DNA of 64,000 nt. Source: Candidatus Bathyarchaeota archaeon. Lineage in GTDB: Archaea; Thermoproteota; Bathyarchaeia; Bathyarchaeales; Bathycorpusculaceae. The notes under the pieces were generated by a model that searched no databases, was not told the DNA's origin, and was given only the letters and a program-made list of their open reading frames with translations. Numbering within the stretch: the stretch's first letter is position 1; the number at the start of each line of letters is the position of its first letter. Where the stretch lies: assembly GCA_963733095.1 (NCBI GenBank), contig CAVTBV010000003.1, positions 1-64,000 of the forward strand, written 5' to 3'. Positions 18,952 to 29,408 of this stretch are shown here, piece after piece. The translations under genes were made by a program, and so were the position numbers.

Positions 18952-20142
18952 TCATTGAGACAATACCCGTTCAAAATATGCTTTCAAAAAAACCTGAGGT
19001 GAATAATTAATGTCATATACTTTTTTAATTTTAAAACGCGAGTGGTTGCTGCTTTTATAATTAATCAAAATTTGTTTCAATTCATCTTTAGACTTGTAAA
19101 GTAAAGATGAATCAACTTTTTCGATGATTTCAGGCAACCCGCCTTTTTTTGGCGCTATAACAGGAGTTCCAGTGGATAAAGCCTCCAAAGCAATTAGGGG
19201 ACAATTCTCTGGCCAAATTGAAGGCATTACTAGAGCGTTAGCATCCCTTAGAAAGTGATATAACCTGTTTTGGTCTACTTGACCAAGAAGGATGACTTTG
19301 TCTTGGAGATTGTTCCCCTTCACAAACTCTCTAATCTCGCAGTTGAGGCTTCCGGTTCCAACAACTAAAAGAGCCGCACCAATTTCGCTTAAATTTTCTT
19401 TGTAAATTTCAAGCAAATCTTGGATGCCCTTGTGTCTTTCCCAAACACCCGTGTATAAGAAAAAGTTGGACACGCCTGAAGGCTCCAAGAAATGGGGCGG
19501 TCCTGGAACGAAGTTTGGCAATGTAATTACTTTAGTGCCTAAAAATTGTGAGAGCACACTGCTAACGTAGGCGCTTGGTGCGGCAATAACATCGATGTCT
19601 TTTATTGCTGAATTAAACCTTGCAAGTTGCCTCCAGAGTTGTGGCGTCTTCTTACACTTTAAAGCACAGTAAAAACAGGATACATCCCCGTTACACATTT
19701 GAGAACGATTTTTTAGTAAATTGTTTTGTTGACAAATCAGCCAATAATCGTGGGCGGTGTAGATATTGAGGTAATTTCCTTGTTTCTTTAGAAGGTTGTA
19801 GCCTAATAGGGAAATATTATGGTGATGCACTACATCTGGCTTAATTTCTTTTACTAAATTTTCAAACTGTTTACTTACTTTCAAAGAAGTACCCGAAAAG
19901 TAAACTGCATATGAAGTATAATTGAAATGTGTCTTAACAGGGTGGGTATAGACTCCATTTGTTTCTGTAGGCATGGGTAATTTCTTTCTTTTAATGTTAT
20001 AGGCATCTGTGCTATGTAAGACATGCACTTCATGACCTCTTTTTGTAAGTTCCTCTGCTAAATATTTCACGTGAACCGCATCACCCCCGATGTGGTATGG
20101 GGGATAGAAGGTTGAGGTCATTAGAAAAGTCAGGGTTTCTAT
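18952..20142 (-). CDS. glycosyltransferase family 4
   Basis: FYPPYHIGG, PDVVHHHN, HDYWLIC, PSIWPENCPLIALEA; ATG at 20121, possible ATA start at 20142. Confidence 0.92.
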   Translation of the reverse strand: METLTFLMTSTFYPPYHIGGDAVHVKYLAEELTKRGHEVHVLHSTDAYNIKRKKLPMPTETNGVYTHPVKTHFNYTSYAVYFSGTSLKVSKQFENLVKEIKPDVVHHHNISLLGYNLLKKQGNYLNIYTAHDYWLICQQNNLLKNRSQMCNGDVSCFYCALKCKKTPQLWRQLARFNSAIKDIDVIAAPSAYVSSVLSQFLGTKVITLPNFVPGPPHFLEPSGVSNFFLYTGVWERHKGIQDLLEIYKENLSEIGAALLVVGTGSLNCEIREFVKGNNLQDKVILLGQVDQNRLYHFLRDANALVMPSIWPENCPLIALEALSTGTPVIAPKKGGLPEIIEKVDSSLLYKSKDELKQILINYKSSNHSRFKIKKVYDINYSPQVFLKAYFERVLSQ

Positions 20143-20158
20143 TAAATCACGTTGATGT

Positions 20159-21598
20159 TTAATGTGAGTGGGACATTTTATTGACTAGATAATTTTTCAT
20201 TATTTTAACAGTGTATCTTGTTGCTAAGGGGAAGTCTTCTGGGTGTTTGGCTGTGTGCCAAAGGTTTTGTAGCCACCATTTTGGGTTAAAGTACAGGTTG
20301 TGGTAGGCGTTTTTTCTTGCTTGGTCTAAGTCTTGAAAACTTAGTTCGTCGGTTCGCATGGTGGCATCGTGTTGGTACATTTCGCGCCAGTCAACACCGG
20401 CTTTAATCCAACCTTTTTCTACGGCTGAACTGTAGAGTTCACTTCCAGGGTAAGGGACAGCAACATTAAATTGAGCGCCAGTAGGCAAGGTTCGCTTAAC
20501 AAACTGTTTGGTTTCTTCTATAGTTTGCTGATTTTCTTCAGGTAACCCGAAAATGAAGCTGCAGTAAACCTTTATTCCAGATTTCTTAGCCCATTTGATT
20601 GCTTTTTCTGCTTGCTCAACTGTTGTACCTTTCTTGGCGCCGTCTAGTATGAGCTGGCTTCCGCTCTCGATGCCATATGATAACCCCCTGCAGCCCGCGT
20701 CATACATTTCCCTAAGCAACTCTGCATCCACAAGCTCTACGCGGGTGTTGCAGTACCAAACAATTTTTAGCTTGTCACGCTTCAAAGCATCACAAATTGC
20801 CATTACTCGGGCTCTGTCGAGGGTAAAGGTCTCATCAAAGAAAGAAACCATCTTTATGTTAAAGTTCTTTTTCAAGTAACGTAACTCGTTGAGAATATTC
20901 TCAGCAGACCGTTTTTTAACTGGCGTATTGCGCACAGTGCAGAAAATGCAGGAGAAAGAGCAACCCTTGCTGGTATACAAAGTAGTGAAGGGCGAGCCAT
21001 GCGGAGTATTGATGAAGTAATTTTTCAAGGAAGGCAACAGATCATAGGCAGGCATAGGCAGAGAATCCCAATCAGTTAGGGATTCGGCGTTTTCGTTGAC
21101 TGTGATTTTGACGCCATTTCGGTAAGCAATTCCATGAACAGAAGATAAATCAGCATTACGAGCAAGGGTCGAGATTAACGTAGGCGTTACAGACTCATAT
21201 TCTTGTTTAATGTAAATATCGAGATCAATGCAACTCTGGAGAACTTCTGTAGGGACAGTGCGGAGGGTCCAGCATATCCCAATTGTTCGAGCTTTCGGGT
21301 GAGTTTTTTTGGAGATTAATGCAACCTTGTTGTCTGAATCAAAGGTGGTTGGAGTAAACCTGAAAACTATTGCTTCATAACTTGCCTTTTGAATTTGCTC
21401 TTTGCAGTTTTCCCAACTGAGGTCCCAACCGTTAGCATCTATCAACTTTACATTATGACCGCCAACTCTGAGTAACGAAGCAACTTGTAAAAGGCTGTAT
21501 GGAGGAAGAACAGAGTACCTTTCTGTGATTTCACAACGCTCTTCTCTAATTACAGGGATGCCATAGTAACGTGGAGGATTAACTAGCAGGACTTTCAA
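20159..21598 (-). CDS. B12-binding domain radical SAM protein (class B-like)
   Basis: MKVLLVNPP N-terminus, SKGCSFSCIFC (CxxxCxxC), GIESGS, FIFGLP, PYPGS. Confidence 0.93.
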   Translation of the reverse strand: MKVLLVNPPRYYGIPVIREERCEITERYSVLPPYSLLQVASLLRVGGHNVKLIDANGWDLSWENCKEQIQKASYEAIVFRFTPTTFDSDNKVALISKKTHPKARTIGICWTLRTVPTEVLQSCIDLDIYIKQEYESVTPTLISTLARNADLSSVHGIAYRNGVKITVNENAESLTDWDSLPMPAYDLLPSLKNYFINTPHGSPFTTLYTSKGCSFSCIFCTVRNTPVKKRSAENILNELRYLKKNFNIKMVSFFDETFTLDRARVMAICDALKRDKLKIVWYCNTRVELVDAELLREMYDAGCRGLSYGIESGSQLILDGAKKGTTVEQAEKAIKWAKKSGIKVYCSFIFGLPEENQQTIEETKQFVKRTLPTGAQFNVAVPYPGSELYSSAVEKGWIKAGVDWREMYQHDATMRTDELSFQDLDQARKNAYHNLYFNPKWWLQNLWHTAKHPEDFPLATRYTVKIMKNYLVNKMSHSH

Positions 21599-21604
21599 TT
21601 CAAT

Positions 21605-22819
21605 TTACACTGCAGGCTTCTTACAATTCTTGTCAGAGATTTGCCGGTAAACATTCAAAGCCTTTGAAGCGTTAACTTTCCAGCTGAACTTTTCCAATAC
21701 CGTCTTTCTAGCGTTATCTCCTAATTTTTTGCGAAGGTCAGGATTATCTAGCAAAAGACAAATGGTTTTAGTTAACTCTTCAACAGATCCAGGCTGAACC
21801 AGCATACCATTCACTCCGTGATCTATTACTTCAGGAATGGCACATACACTTGAGGCTACCACTGGAACTCCACACGCCATAGCCTCCAACACACGAATCG
21901 GAAGATTCTCATACATTGTGGGAGCCACATAAACGCTTGAACTCCTATAAAAATGAATCAAATCCTTAGCCTCCTTCAAATAACCCATAAACAAATAGTT
22001 CCGGTCGGGTACTCCTATTTCTCTGAGTCGATTTTGATAAGGAAAATAATTTCCTGGTCCAATGAAAACAAAAAGGGCGTCAGGGTAGGTTCGAAGAACC
22101 TTTGGCATAGCTTCAACGATATAACCAACTCCCTTAGCTGAAACCAAACGTCCCGTGAATAATATGATGTCTCTTGGGAAAGACTTCTCTCCAGGTGAAA
22201 ACCATTCTGTATCTACAGAGTTATGGATAACTGAGATTGATGATGTCTTAAGTGCAGGAAACTGAACGGTAATTTGTTTTTTCATCCAATTGGAGACTGT
22301 TATGTAATAGCGCTTATTTGAAAAGTAAATCGTTTCAGCAAAATTCAAAAAAGGATAAGTCAAATAAGTAAGCTTTTCAGAAAACTCCAGGCCCGAAAAA
22401 CTCGTGCCTGACCTTTTCGTTCCTTGCCTTTGTCCCCGGATTGTCGTGTGAATCGTGGTTACTACAGGTGTATCCAAGCGTTTGAACTGGAGTAACAAAT
22501 CAGGTATGTGGGCAGTATGGGAATGTACAATGTCTATATTGTATTCTTTAACTATTTTTGGAATTTGCCTCAAACAGTTATACTGGAACTTAGCATTGTA
22601 GACAAAAGTGTCGGTTGCATTAGAAATGAAATGAACGTGTACATTGTCTCCAAAATATTTTGAAAAATCGTAATCTGTACTGGAAATTTTCTGTTTTCCA
22701 AAGCCTTCTCGTAGCGGCGTTACCACATGAACTTCCGTATCTTTTGGCATGTGTCGAACTAAATCAACTATGTAAGTTCCTACTCCGCCCCACACAGGTA
22801 GAAATTCAGGTGCCAGCAT
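21605..22819 (-). CDS. glycosyltransferase family 4
   Basis: PEFLPVWGGVG, FTGRLVSAKG, ENLPIRVLEAMACGVPVV. Confidence 0.93.
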   Translation of the reverse strand: MLAPEFLPVWGGVGTYIVDLVRHMPKDTEVHVVTPLREGFGKQKISSTDYDFSKYFGDNVHVHFISNATDTFVYNAKFQYNCLRQIPKIVKEYNIDIVHSHTAHIPDLLLQFKRLDTPVVTTIHTTIRGQRQGTKRSGTSFSGLEFSEKLTYLTYPFLNFAETIYFSNKRYYITVSNWMKKQITVQFPALKTSSISVIHNSVDTEWFSPGEKSFPRDIILFTGRLVSAKGVGYIVEAMPKVLRTYPDALFVFIGPGNYFPYQNRLREIGVPDRNYLFMGYLKEAKDLIHFYRSSSVYVAPTMYENLPIRVLEAMACGVPVVASSVCAIPEVIDHGVNGMLVQPGSVEELTKTICLLLDNPDLRKKLGDNARKTVLEKFSWKVNASKALNVYRQISDKNCKKPAV

Positions 22820-22864
22820 GCAAATCTTCAGTTAAAGAATCCTCGGATTTTCGGTATCACAGTG

Positions 22865-23236
22865 TCAAAGCGGTAATCTGCTTTTATCCATCACTGCTAA
22901 GAAACAGGCAAACGATTTGTCAGTTGCCCATTGCTTAGCTGAAGAGTTACCCCATTTTTGAGCGATTAAAACAATTTTTAGAGCCAAAGGCAATCCAACA
23001 ATCCTGACCAACCGATCCACTGTGCTCTCCGTTGCAAGTTTCAGTTTTTCTAATATGGCCATCACCACATAGGCCAGCTTTGTACTTTTTATACGGTCTA
23101 CGCATCGTTCGGTAAGGTCCATTACGCCTCGCTCAATTCTGCTTAGGGTTCTAAACCAAAATCCACGTCTGAGTGCAACCTTCTTGGCCATAATAAGCTG
23201 TCTAACAGTTGGAAAACCGTTGGGATGAATACACAA
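22865..23236 (-). CDS. conserved small basic hypothetical protein heading the glycosylation cluster
   Basis: ALRRGFWFRTLSRIERG...WGNSSAKQW pattern, recalled from archaeal hypotheticals. Confidence 0.65.
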   Translation of the reverse strand: MCIHPNGFPTVRQLIMAKKVALRRGFWFRTLSRIERGVMDLTERCVDRIKSTKLAYVVMAILEKLKLATESTVDRLVRIVGLPLALKIVLIAQKWGNSSAKQWATDKSFACFLAVMDKSRLPL

Positions 23237-23884
23237 TGCTAACTTGTTAGCTATACTTACAGTTTACCCCTCTCTAACTCGGGTCTCTATTTTGTTCGTT
23301 CAATGTATAAAAGACTATCTTTATTCCAAGCTCGAAGTACATCCTTCAAACAAGAAACTCAAAAATAAACACCAGTATTTCAAAATTTTGGAGTTTTAGA
23401 GTATTAATATTTTTTTTGAAGGAGCGCAGTCTGAAAAAAAAATAACTCATACAAAGCATATTCTATAGTTCTTCAATATTTTTACCCTTGTACTTAGGTC
23501 ACTCTTTGCTTTTTAGTTACCGTCCATCTCCATATTAACCGAAGCCTATACAGTGATGCGTTGTTTTATCGTACAGTTGATCGAACAGCCAACATACCCA
23601 TAACTCGAAAGTATTTGCTACTCATCGCTTCAAACCGTCTATAGGTTTCTATCAACCTAAATTTTTTAGCAATGCAAACGTTAAAATTGGTAGATAACTT
23701 AAAGGGGATTCAATTTTTCTGGGAAACTTGATGAGGGTTTGAGAATTGGCGAAAGAGCCTTTTGAATCGTGCAAAAGTCCCAAGGGATTCAAATTATGAA
23801 TATACTCTTCTTCCTAAAAGTAAGTTTTAATGAAAAAAATAATAAGGTTAATCGAATTAGCTTAACATTATCGAGGCACACAGT

Positions 23885-25162
23885 TTGAAACTAATCTTCG
23901 TTGCAATAGATGGTATGGGCGATTTGCCGATTGAATCATTAGGCAACAAAACTCCCCTTGAAGCAGCAGAAACTCCCAACATGGATGCACTTGCTCAAAC
24001 AGGAAAAACCGGCTTGATGTATTCAGTCAAAAAAGGTGTAGCACCTGAGAGTGATGTTGCTGTTATTTCTCTTTTAGGCTATGACCCATTCAAATATAGC
24101 ACAGGCCGAGGCGTCATAGAGGCAGCAGGAGTTGGGTTGAATATGAAGGATGGAGATTTAGCGTTACGATGCAACTTTGCCACCTTGGGTGAAGGAAAAA
24201 ACATTCTTGACCGCCGAGTAGCACGCAGCTTAACCACCGAGGAAGCTACCGAACTAAGTAAAGCAGTCAACAAAGAAATAACCCTTGGATCCTACCCTGC
24301 CATGTTCGAGTTCCGCAACACACTCGGTCACAGAGCAGTTTTACTCATAAAAAGCAAAGAAAAGCCTCTCTCAAGCAACATAACAAACAGCGACCCAGCC
24401 TACACAATCGTTAATGGCATCGGAGTAGCAAAAGCTGAAGTTGAAATGGTACTGCAAACATGTGAACCTATCGATGAAACTCAAGCTGCAAAGGTTTCCG
24501 CTGCACTCGTTAACGAATTCATAGATAAATCGCATAAACTCTGGGAAAATCACCCCATCAACGTGAAACGGGCCTCAGAGGGCAAACTCAAAGCAAACGT
24601 AGTGTTAACACGAGATGCCGGACATCTGTTACCAAAATTCTTCAACATAAACGAGCGTTACCACGTCAATTTTGCTTGTTTAGCAGATATGCATGCGGAA
24701 CGCGGCATTGCCGAATTGGCAGGTATGGAGTCTTCTTTGCTTCCTCCGCCTTCAGGGAATCTGCAGAAAGACTGTGAAGTCAGAGTGAAGGCGCTTTTGG
24801 AATCCTTATCTAAGCACGATTGCATCTACATTCACCTTAAAGGACCAGATGAACCAGGACACGACGGAAACTGTACATTAAAAACCCAAATTATCTCTGC
24901 TATAGACAAGTATTTCTTTGGACCTTTGCTAAAACAGATTTCGTTGAAAGACAACCTTATCTGCATTACAACTGACCATGCGACGCCTTGTTCATTGAAA
25001 GTTCATAGTGATACACCGGTTCCAGTGCTCATATCAGGCGACAAAATTGGCGATGGAAAAGCAACCAAGTTCTGTGAGAAAGAATGTGCTAAAGGTAGCC
25101 TTGGCACCATCGAACGTGGATGTGAACTTATGCCTAAGCTTATGGATCTTCTGAAAAAATAG
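23885..25162 (+). CDS. apgM: 2,3-bisphosphoglycerate-independent phosphoglycerate mutase
   Basis: IDGMGD, KTPLEAAETPNMD, PESDVA, KGPDEPGHDG, TDHATP. Confidence 0.93.
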   Translation: MKLIFVAIDGMGDLPIESLGNKTPLEAAETPNMDALAQTGKTGLMYSVKKGVAPESDVAVISLLGYDPFKYSTGRGVIEAAGVGLNMKDGDLALRCNFATLGEGKNILDRRVARSLTTEEATELSKAVNKEITLGSYPAMFEFRNTLGHRAVLLIKSKEKPLSSNITNSDPAYTIVNGIGVAKAEVEMVLQTCEPIDETQAAKVSAALVNEFIDKSHKLWENHPINVKRASEGKLKANVVLTRDAGHLLPKFFNINERYHVNFACLADMHAERGIAELAGMESSLLPPPSGNLQKDCEVRVKALLESLSKHDCIYIHLKGPDEPGHDGNCTLKTQIISAIDKYFFGPLLKQISLKDNLICITTDHATPCSLKVHSDTPVPVLISGDKIGDGKATKFCEKECAKGSLGTIERGCELMPKLMDLLKK

Positions 25163-25688
25163 GTGCCAACCGCCTTTTTTTTAAACGGTACAACTAATCT
25201 TGGTTTTTCTTTGTTGCGTTTTTTGATCAGTTTGATTTTAGGATCGAATTCAGCTAACAAATCGTTTGCCTCTTCTCTGACCCTTAAAACTACTCCATTC
25301 CCAATTATGCTTCTTAAGAGCAAACCCAAGTTCATGCACGTTTAGCTTAGGCATACCCAGAATGCTGCTTGTCCAATCACCTTCTCCGTTTCAACTGATA
25401 ACTCGTTTCAAAACACTTAAACCGATGTGATTGTATATCGACATAACAAACAACCAAACCACCACTTGTCCGCCGTTTTTTCTATAGAAGTTGTAAATGA
25501 TACCACTCTATATCAAAACAACAACCAACTGTCTGCATTGCCTTTGTGTTTTGTTAACTGTGTCTTTGGCAAGTTACAGGCTGGTTGTGGCGAATTTGGT
25601 AACCGGTAGGTGAGAGCAAAACTATTATGAAGCAGATTTCTTTACGTTTAAGAGTTTAAATATGCAGCAATAACTAAACAGTTAGAAG

Positions 25689-26552
25689 TTGAATGCTATG
25701 GGTCTGAAACTGCTGCTTTATTCGGATGGCGGTGCAAGGGGCAATCCTGGTCCCGCTGCCATTGCTTTTATAGCTCAAAATGAAAAAGACGAAACAGTGG
25801 CGGCGGATACTCGATTTATAGGTGTCCATACTAACAATCAAGCTGAGTACGAAGCCTTACTCTTTGCGCTCGACTATGCTGTTGAAGCTAACGCGTCTGA
25901 AGTAGCCTGTTATGTTGACAGTGAACTTGTCATTAGACAAGTCACCGGAGAATATGCCGTAAAAGATAATCTGCTTCAAGCCTACTGGCGCAAAGTTCGA
26001 GAAATCAGACCCTGCTTCAGAAAAATCAGTTTCTACAATGTCCGCAGAAGTCACCCTCAAATCCAGCGGGCAGATGAATTAGTCAATGAAACACTCGATA
26101 AACAATCCAAGCTAAAGAATAAAAGTGCATCTGGCTTTGTTAGAGATTCATCAGAGGGAAAATCAATGTTTGTACATGCAAGCATCCGCACAAGAAACAT
26201 GGAACACTCAATCAAATTCTATGGAAAATTTTTTGGTCTAATAGTCTTAAGCCGCCACCAAATCAAAGCAACCAACGCAGAAATCGCTTTCCTCCAAGAC
26301 GCAGAATGCAAAGGTTGCAAATTAGAATTAACATTCTACCATAGCCAAACAAAGTTCGCCCAACCCACCTACGAGGAACGACTGTTTGACCATTTAGGCT
26401 TCGAAGTCGCCGACATAAACAAGACCATTGCAGCAATGCGCAAAGAAAACATTACAATCACAGATGAACCATTCAAGTTTAACGAAAAAACAACAATTGC
26501 CTTTATCGAGGACCCCGACGGAACCCTAATTGAGTTAATTGAGCGAAAATAA
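25689..26552 (+). CDS. ribonuclease HI - glyoxalase/VOC fusion protein
   Basis: N-terminal DGGARGNPG/TNNQAEY/DSELV/ADEL; C-terminal VHASIR..LELT..DHLGF..DPDGTLIEL in one frame. Confidence 0.88.
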   Translation: MNAMGLKLLLYSDGGARGNPGPAAIAFIAQNEKDETVAADTRFIGVHTNNQAEYEALLFALDYAVEANASEVACYVDSELVIRQVTGEYAVKDNLLQAYWRKVREIRPCFRKISFYNVRRSHPQIQRADELVNETLDKQSKLKNKSASGFVRDSSEGKSMFVHASIRTRNMEHSIKFYGKFFGLIVLSRHQIKATNAEIAFLQDAECKGCKLELTFYHSQTKFAQPTYEERLFDHLGFEVADINKTIAAMRKENITITDEPFKFNEKTTIAFIEDPDGTLIELIERK

Positions 26553-26559
26553 GCCGGGT

Positions 26560-26997
26560 TTACTCGTAGAATTTAGGTCGGGCTTGTTTACTGTATTCTT
26601 CTAAGGCTTTTGCTCTTTCTTCTTCCTCTTTGTCTTTCTCCTGTGCCTCTTTTTCGGCTGGTTGCGAAACGGTTTTCTCAAAGTCACCATCAATGCTTTT
26701 GTAGCAGCTTTCAAGTGCTTTTATGTAGATTTTGAAGTCGTCAATGGTGTTTTCTCCTTGTCTATGGGATGTATGAACTTGGTCAGAGAGAAGAAGTATC
26801 AAATCCAGCATGCTTCTCAGAGTCTGTTTGTCGCCTTCCTGTGCGTGGTCGTAGTACCTTTGGAAAACATTAAGCAAATCCAAGAACATGTCGTCTACTT
26901 CTCTTGTTTCTCGCCTGTAGAGATTCTCGGAAGTTAACGATTTTGTTTTCAAGATTAGCATGAGATTTTTAAGAACAGCAGTATCATTATGTGACAA
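26560..26997 (-). CDS. hypothetical helical protein
   Basis: 145-aa ORF with charged C-terminus. Confidence 0.65.
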   Translation of the reverse strand: MSHNDTAVLKNLMLILKTKSLTSENLYRRETREVDDMFLDLLNVFQRYYDHAQEGDKQTLRSMLDLILLLSDQVHTSHRQGENTIDDFKIYIKALESCYKSIDGDFEKTVSQPAEKEAQEKDKEEEERAKALEEYSKQARPKFYE

Positions 26998-27230
26998 AAC
27001 AAAAACCCAATCTTATAATGTGGACTGCGGCAGTTATATTTTTTGGTTAACAGCAAAAAGGAAGATTTTGAACATGGCAACTAATTTGACTCGGTTGTTG
27101 ACTTTTTGGTTCCAAATAATCGTTGGTTACCCGCTGGTTGAGTGGACAGGAGATAAATCACTGCTGAAAGGTACCCTGCAGAAGCCCTCAAAAATAAACG
27201 CGCTTTTAGTCCCAAAATGATCGACCACGC

Positions 27231-27890
27231 TTAAAACAAATATAGAAAAAAGCATTTCCAAGTCGCAACAATTATTCTCAAATTGGCTCTGATTATGCCT
27301 CCTATTCGAGGTTTGTTGCGTCTGGGCGGAGCTTTATAGGTTATTTCGCCAATTTTAAAGCCCTGTTTTTTAGAAATGACTAAAAGTTCACCGCCGAAAG
27401 TTTCTCCTCCTCTTAGATTGTGAGCGAGGGTTTCTTTTTTGTAGGCTCTGAAATTGGAGTAGAAATCTGAAACGCCGCAGAGTTTGCCAAGGGTTTTAGC
27501 TGCCCACCGCTCAGAAAATCTGGGAACAACCTTTCGTGACGCAACCACTAAATCAAAAACGTCCAGCTTCTCGACAAGGCTGGGTATGAGTTCTGGGCTG
27601 TTCTCTAAATCGGAGTCAATGGTTATGATTACTGGAAACTTTGCAAGTTTTGCTCCAAACAATAAACCAGTAGTTTGTCCTTCTCGGGCTTTTCCAACTG
27701 CCAAATCTGCAAATTGTATGGCTACGTTAAGGGTTCCGTCTGCAGAATTGTCGTCGACGACTATTATTTGGTGTGGGCCATTTTGAAGTGTTGATCGGAT
27801 TCTGCTTATTAGTTCTTGGATGTTTTCTTTTTCGTTCCAGGTGGTTGTCACTACGGATATGCCTTGGGCGGTTCTGGCGTTTTCAGTCAT
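27231..27890 (-). CDS. glycosyltransferase family 2 (Dol-P-Man synthase-like)
   Basis: ISVVTTTWNE, VVDDNSADGT, IDSDLEN, DLVVASR. Confidence 0.9.
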   Translation of the reverse strand: MTENARTAQGISVVTTTWNEKENIQELISRIRSTLQNGPHQIIVVDDNSADGTLNVAIQFADLAVGKAREGQTTGLLFGAKLAKFPVIITIDSDLENSPELIPSLVEKLDVFDLVVASRKVVPRFSERWAAKTLGKLCGVSDFYSNFRAYKKETLAHNLRGGETFGGELLVISKKQGFKIGEITYKAPPRRNKPRIGGIIRANLRIIVATWKCFFLYLF

Positions 27891-28102
27891 GTACATCCAA
27901 TAGCCCTTTTTTGTTATAAGCTGTTTTGTCGTTTGAGACATGCAGAAAGCTTAACTTCGTAATTTGTATCGGTTTTTTTATCTGCTTTGACGTTTTTTTG
28001 AATATATTCCAAGCGAAAGCAACATCGCAATATTAAAATAAAGGGAAGGACTGATGTGTTAACGAATTCACAAAATTAGGTAAATTAATAGAGGATGAAA
28101 AA

Positions 28103-29407
28103 ATGAGCAAAAGCGATAAACCCCACTTAAACCTTATAATCATGGGGCACGTTGATGCCGGAAAATCAACATCAACTGGACACCTGCTATACTTAGCTGG
28201 AGCAATTGACGAAAGAACAATCAAATCCTACCAAGAAGAAGCCGAAAAAATGGGCAAAGGCACATTTGCGTTCGCTTGGGTTCTTGACAACCTTAAAGAA
28301 GAACGTGAACGAGGTGTCACCATCGACCTTCGATTCCTGCAATTCCAAACAAAGAAATTCAATTACACAGTTATTGATGCACCTGGACACCGAGACTTCG
28401 TCAAAAACATGATCACCGGTGCAAGCCAAGCTGATGCAGCAGTACTCTTCGTTTCAGCCAAAAAAGGCGAGTTTGAAGCAGGCATAGGTGCAGGCGGTCA
28501 AACACGTGAGCACGCCTTTTTAGCGTTCACTTTAGGTATTCGCCAAATCATTGTTGCAATTAACAAACAGGATGATATATCCGTTAACTATAGCAAAGAA
28601 AGGTTTGACGAGATAAAGAACGAAGTTTCAAGAATGCTCCGAATGGTCGGCTTCAAAATTGAGAAAATCAACTTCGTGCCAGTCTCAGGATGGACAGGCG
28701 AAAACCTGCTTAAGAAAAGTGACAAGATGCCATGGTACACTGGTCCAACTTTGATGGAAGCATTCGACCTACTAGAAATCCCAGCTAAACCAACTAACAA
28801 ACCCTTACGCGTTCCAATCCAAGACATCTACAGCATCACAGGCATCGGCACAGTTCCAGTCGGCAGAGTAGAAACAGGCACCCTCAAACCAGGCCAAAGC
28901 CTCATCTTCATGCCATCAAACAAAACCGCTGAAGTCAAATCCATCGAAATGCACCACACACAAATTCCATTCGCAGAGCCAGGCGACAACATCGGAATGA
29001 ACGTCCGCGGAATCTCAAAAACTGATGTCCACCGTGGAGACGTCGCAGGTCCAACTGACAACCCACCGACCGTAGCAAAAGAATTCATCGGACAAATCAT
29101 CGTCATCTATCACCCAACAGCAATCGCCGCAGGATACACCCCAGTACTCCACTACCACACAGGACAAATTGCCGTCAAATTCACCGAACTCATAAAGAAA
29201 ATTGACCCACGCACAGGCCAAGTATCTGAAGAGCACCCAAGCTACCTAAAAACAGGAGACGCAGCATGGGTACGCATGGAACCGCTTCACCCGATCGCGA
29301 TCGAAACCTTCACTGACTTCCCAGAACTCGGCAGATTCGCAATCCGAGACATGGGCACAACCGTCGCAGCTGGCGCAGTCAAAGAAGTCACCAAAAAGGG
29401 ACCATAA
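28103..29407 (+). CDS. tuf: translation elongation factor EF-1alpha
   Basis: GHVDAGKST, ERERGVTID, DAPGHRDFVKNMITG, NKQD, LGRFAIRDMG. Confidence 0.98.
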   Translation: MSKSDKPHLNLIIMGHVDAGKSTSTGHLLYLAGAIDERTIKSYQEEAEKMGKGTFAFAWVLDNLKEERERGVTIDLRFLQFQTKKFNYTVIDAPGHRDFVKNMITGASQADAAVLFVSAKKGEFEAGIGAGGQTREHAFLAFTLGIRQIIVAINKQDDISVNYSKERFDEIKNEVSRMLRMVGFKIEKINFVPVSGWTGENLLKKSDKMPWYTGPTLMEAFDLLEIPAKPTNKPLRVPIQDIYSITGIGTVPVGRVETGTLKPGQSLIFMPSNKTAEVKSIEMHHTQIPFAEPGDNIGMNVRGISKTDVHRGDVAGPTDNPPTVAKEFIGQIIVIYHPTAIAAGYTPVLHYHTGQIAVKFTELIKKIDPRTGQVSEEHPSYLKTGDAAWVRMEPLHPIAIETFTDFPELGRFAIRDMGTTVAAGAVKEVTKKGP

Positions 29408-29408
29408 A

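Noticed and set aside
23703-23795. GGGATTCAA repeated twice in the long spacer before apgM
   Set aside because: Too short and too few copies to distinguish from chance.
25163-25345. In-frame ORF immediately after the apgM TAG (possible pyrrolysine readthrough)
   Set aside because: ApgM ends at its expected length, the downstream peptide is low-information, and no pyl genes are seen.
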